A DNA stretch of 64,000 bases, taken from the NCBI GenBank assembly GCA_030390025.1, contig CM059432.1, positions 16,804,001-16,868,000 of the forward strand, written 5' to 3'. Source of the stretch: Squalus acanthias. Taxonomy: Eukaryota. A model generated the notes under the pieces. It made no database searches. It was not told the origin of the DNA and saw nothing but the letters and a program-made list of their open reading frames with translations. Both the position numbers and the translations under genes were made by a program. Below are positions 62,909 through 64,000 of this stretch, piece by piece (within the stretch, counting starts at the first letter, position 1; every line of letters begins with the position of its first letter).

Positions 62909-64000
62909 TATTTCCGCTGGTTGGGGAGTCTAGGACTAGGGGACATAGCCGGAGAATTAGAGCCAGTCCTTTCAGGAGTGAAGTTAGGAAACACTTGTAC
63001 ATGCAAAGGGTGGTCGAAGTTTGGAACGCTCTTCTAAACGGCAGTTGATGCTGGGCCAATTGTTAATTTAAGACTGATAGATTTCTGTTAACCGAAGATA
63101 TTAAGGAATATGGAATAAAGGCGGGTACATGGAATTAGGTCACAGATCAGCCATGATCTCACTGAATGACGGAACAGGCTCAAGGGACTAAATGGTCTAC
63201 TCCTATTCCTATGTTAAGATTTCTGATCATCTTCAATAATTGATGTTTGCATTTTATCAAGTAGGATTGAGGAAGGAAATTCTATGGGAACACTATGTTC
63301 TCAATATTCTACCTCTTTAAAGAAAATAAGATACACGCCTGAAATTTCTATATGTTTTGGTAAAAATATCAATTTTTTCATTACTATGGAAACGCTCAAG
63401 TTGGGTCATTTTCTCAGCTAGACCAGTCTGCTGACATCACTGCCGAGGAGCATTTCAAAATGGTTCCATACTAAACAACTGGGTCACAATTCCTACTTCG
63501 GTAAAAATCATGTTAATGCTATATGACTCTATATATTTATTATTCTTACTTGCTCCAGAAGTACCACTGTGACCTCTCTGTCAGTCTGTTGCAACAAATA
63601 CAGCTAAGACATAGCATTTCCTCCAAATAATCATGAGCAAGTAGATTACCCACTTTCTCTGCACACTCTTGTACTATCTCTCTCGTCTCAAATTATTTAC
63701 CAGGACTCACTTGTCTTGTAGCCTGATGCCACATGACAATTAATACCTAAAAACAATGAAAAGCAGTGACGTTTTTGTGAAAGTTTTTCGAATCAATTGC
63801 AAAAAAATTGTTCAGCAGCATTTTGAAGTTAATGTCATCTATAATGAAATGAGATGCAATAGAACTGAAATTTGTGCCAAGTTAATTTATTATATAAAGT
63901 ACTGCTAAATTTTGTGTCTCCAATTATATTATCTTGTCATTTTAATTCAGTGTGTCTTTTTCTCTATGCTGTTTTATTTGTAATAATGATTTTGTCTTTG

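Larger units (their letters stand above)
57550..63215 (+). mobile_element. Near full-length decayed CR1 LINE (5-prime UTR, ORF1, ORF2, 3-prime UTR) with nested inserts
   Basis: ORF1 ATG at 58095 (MAEQVVCLDC..., VGDSIIRG, VCCPPGARV). ORF2 motifs [29 protein letters not shown]. Interrupted at about 61635-62908 and resumes at FPLVGESRTRGH. Confidence 0.9.

Noticed and set aside
63550..63585. Possible 36-nt minus-strand micro-exon (CAG|...|GTAAGA)
   Set aside because: Weak polypyrimidine tract and no homology support. Such site pairs are common by chance.

Overview
This is AT-rich, repeat-dense vertebrate DNA. The repeat set (HER1/CR1 LINEs, an HE1-type V-SINE, SacSINE1-like DeuSINEs, L2, RTE) points to a cartilaginous fish, probably a shark. 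The only host-gene signal I can support is a short minus-strand coding exon at 24420-24465 (MERSGCSPFPVCWAR-E, phase-1 GT donor). From memory it matches the alternative N-terminal extension of vertebrate focal adhesion kinase (PTK2), so the window is probably 5-prime intronic sequence of PTK2. Almost all long ORFs are decayed retroelement ORFs or tandem-repeat artefacts. Main observations: (1) two families of tiny Penelope-like insertions carrying minimal hammerhead ribozymes, with covarying stems and 12-13 bp TSDs in family A, including an 87-bp perfect palindrome and a 37-bp tail-only insertion; (2) the PTK2 exon has an in-frame ACG where I recall an ATG in mammals; (3) a 657-bp solo LTR with a 5-bp TSD; (4) a CR1 preceded by a 54-65 bp monomer array; (5) several MITE families; (6) multi-level TE nests. 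Family names come from my recognition of the sequences, not from database searches, and the boundaries of old repeats are approximate.
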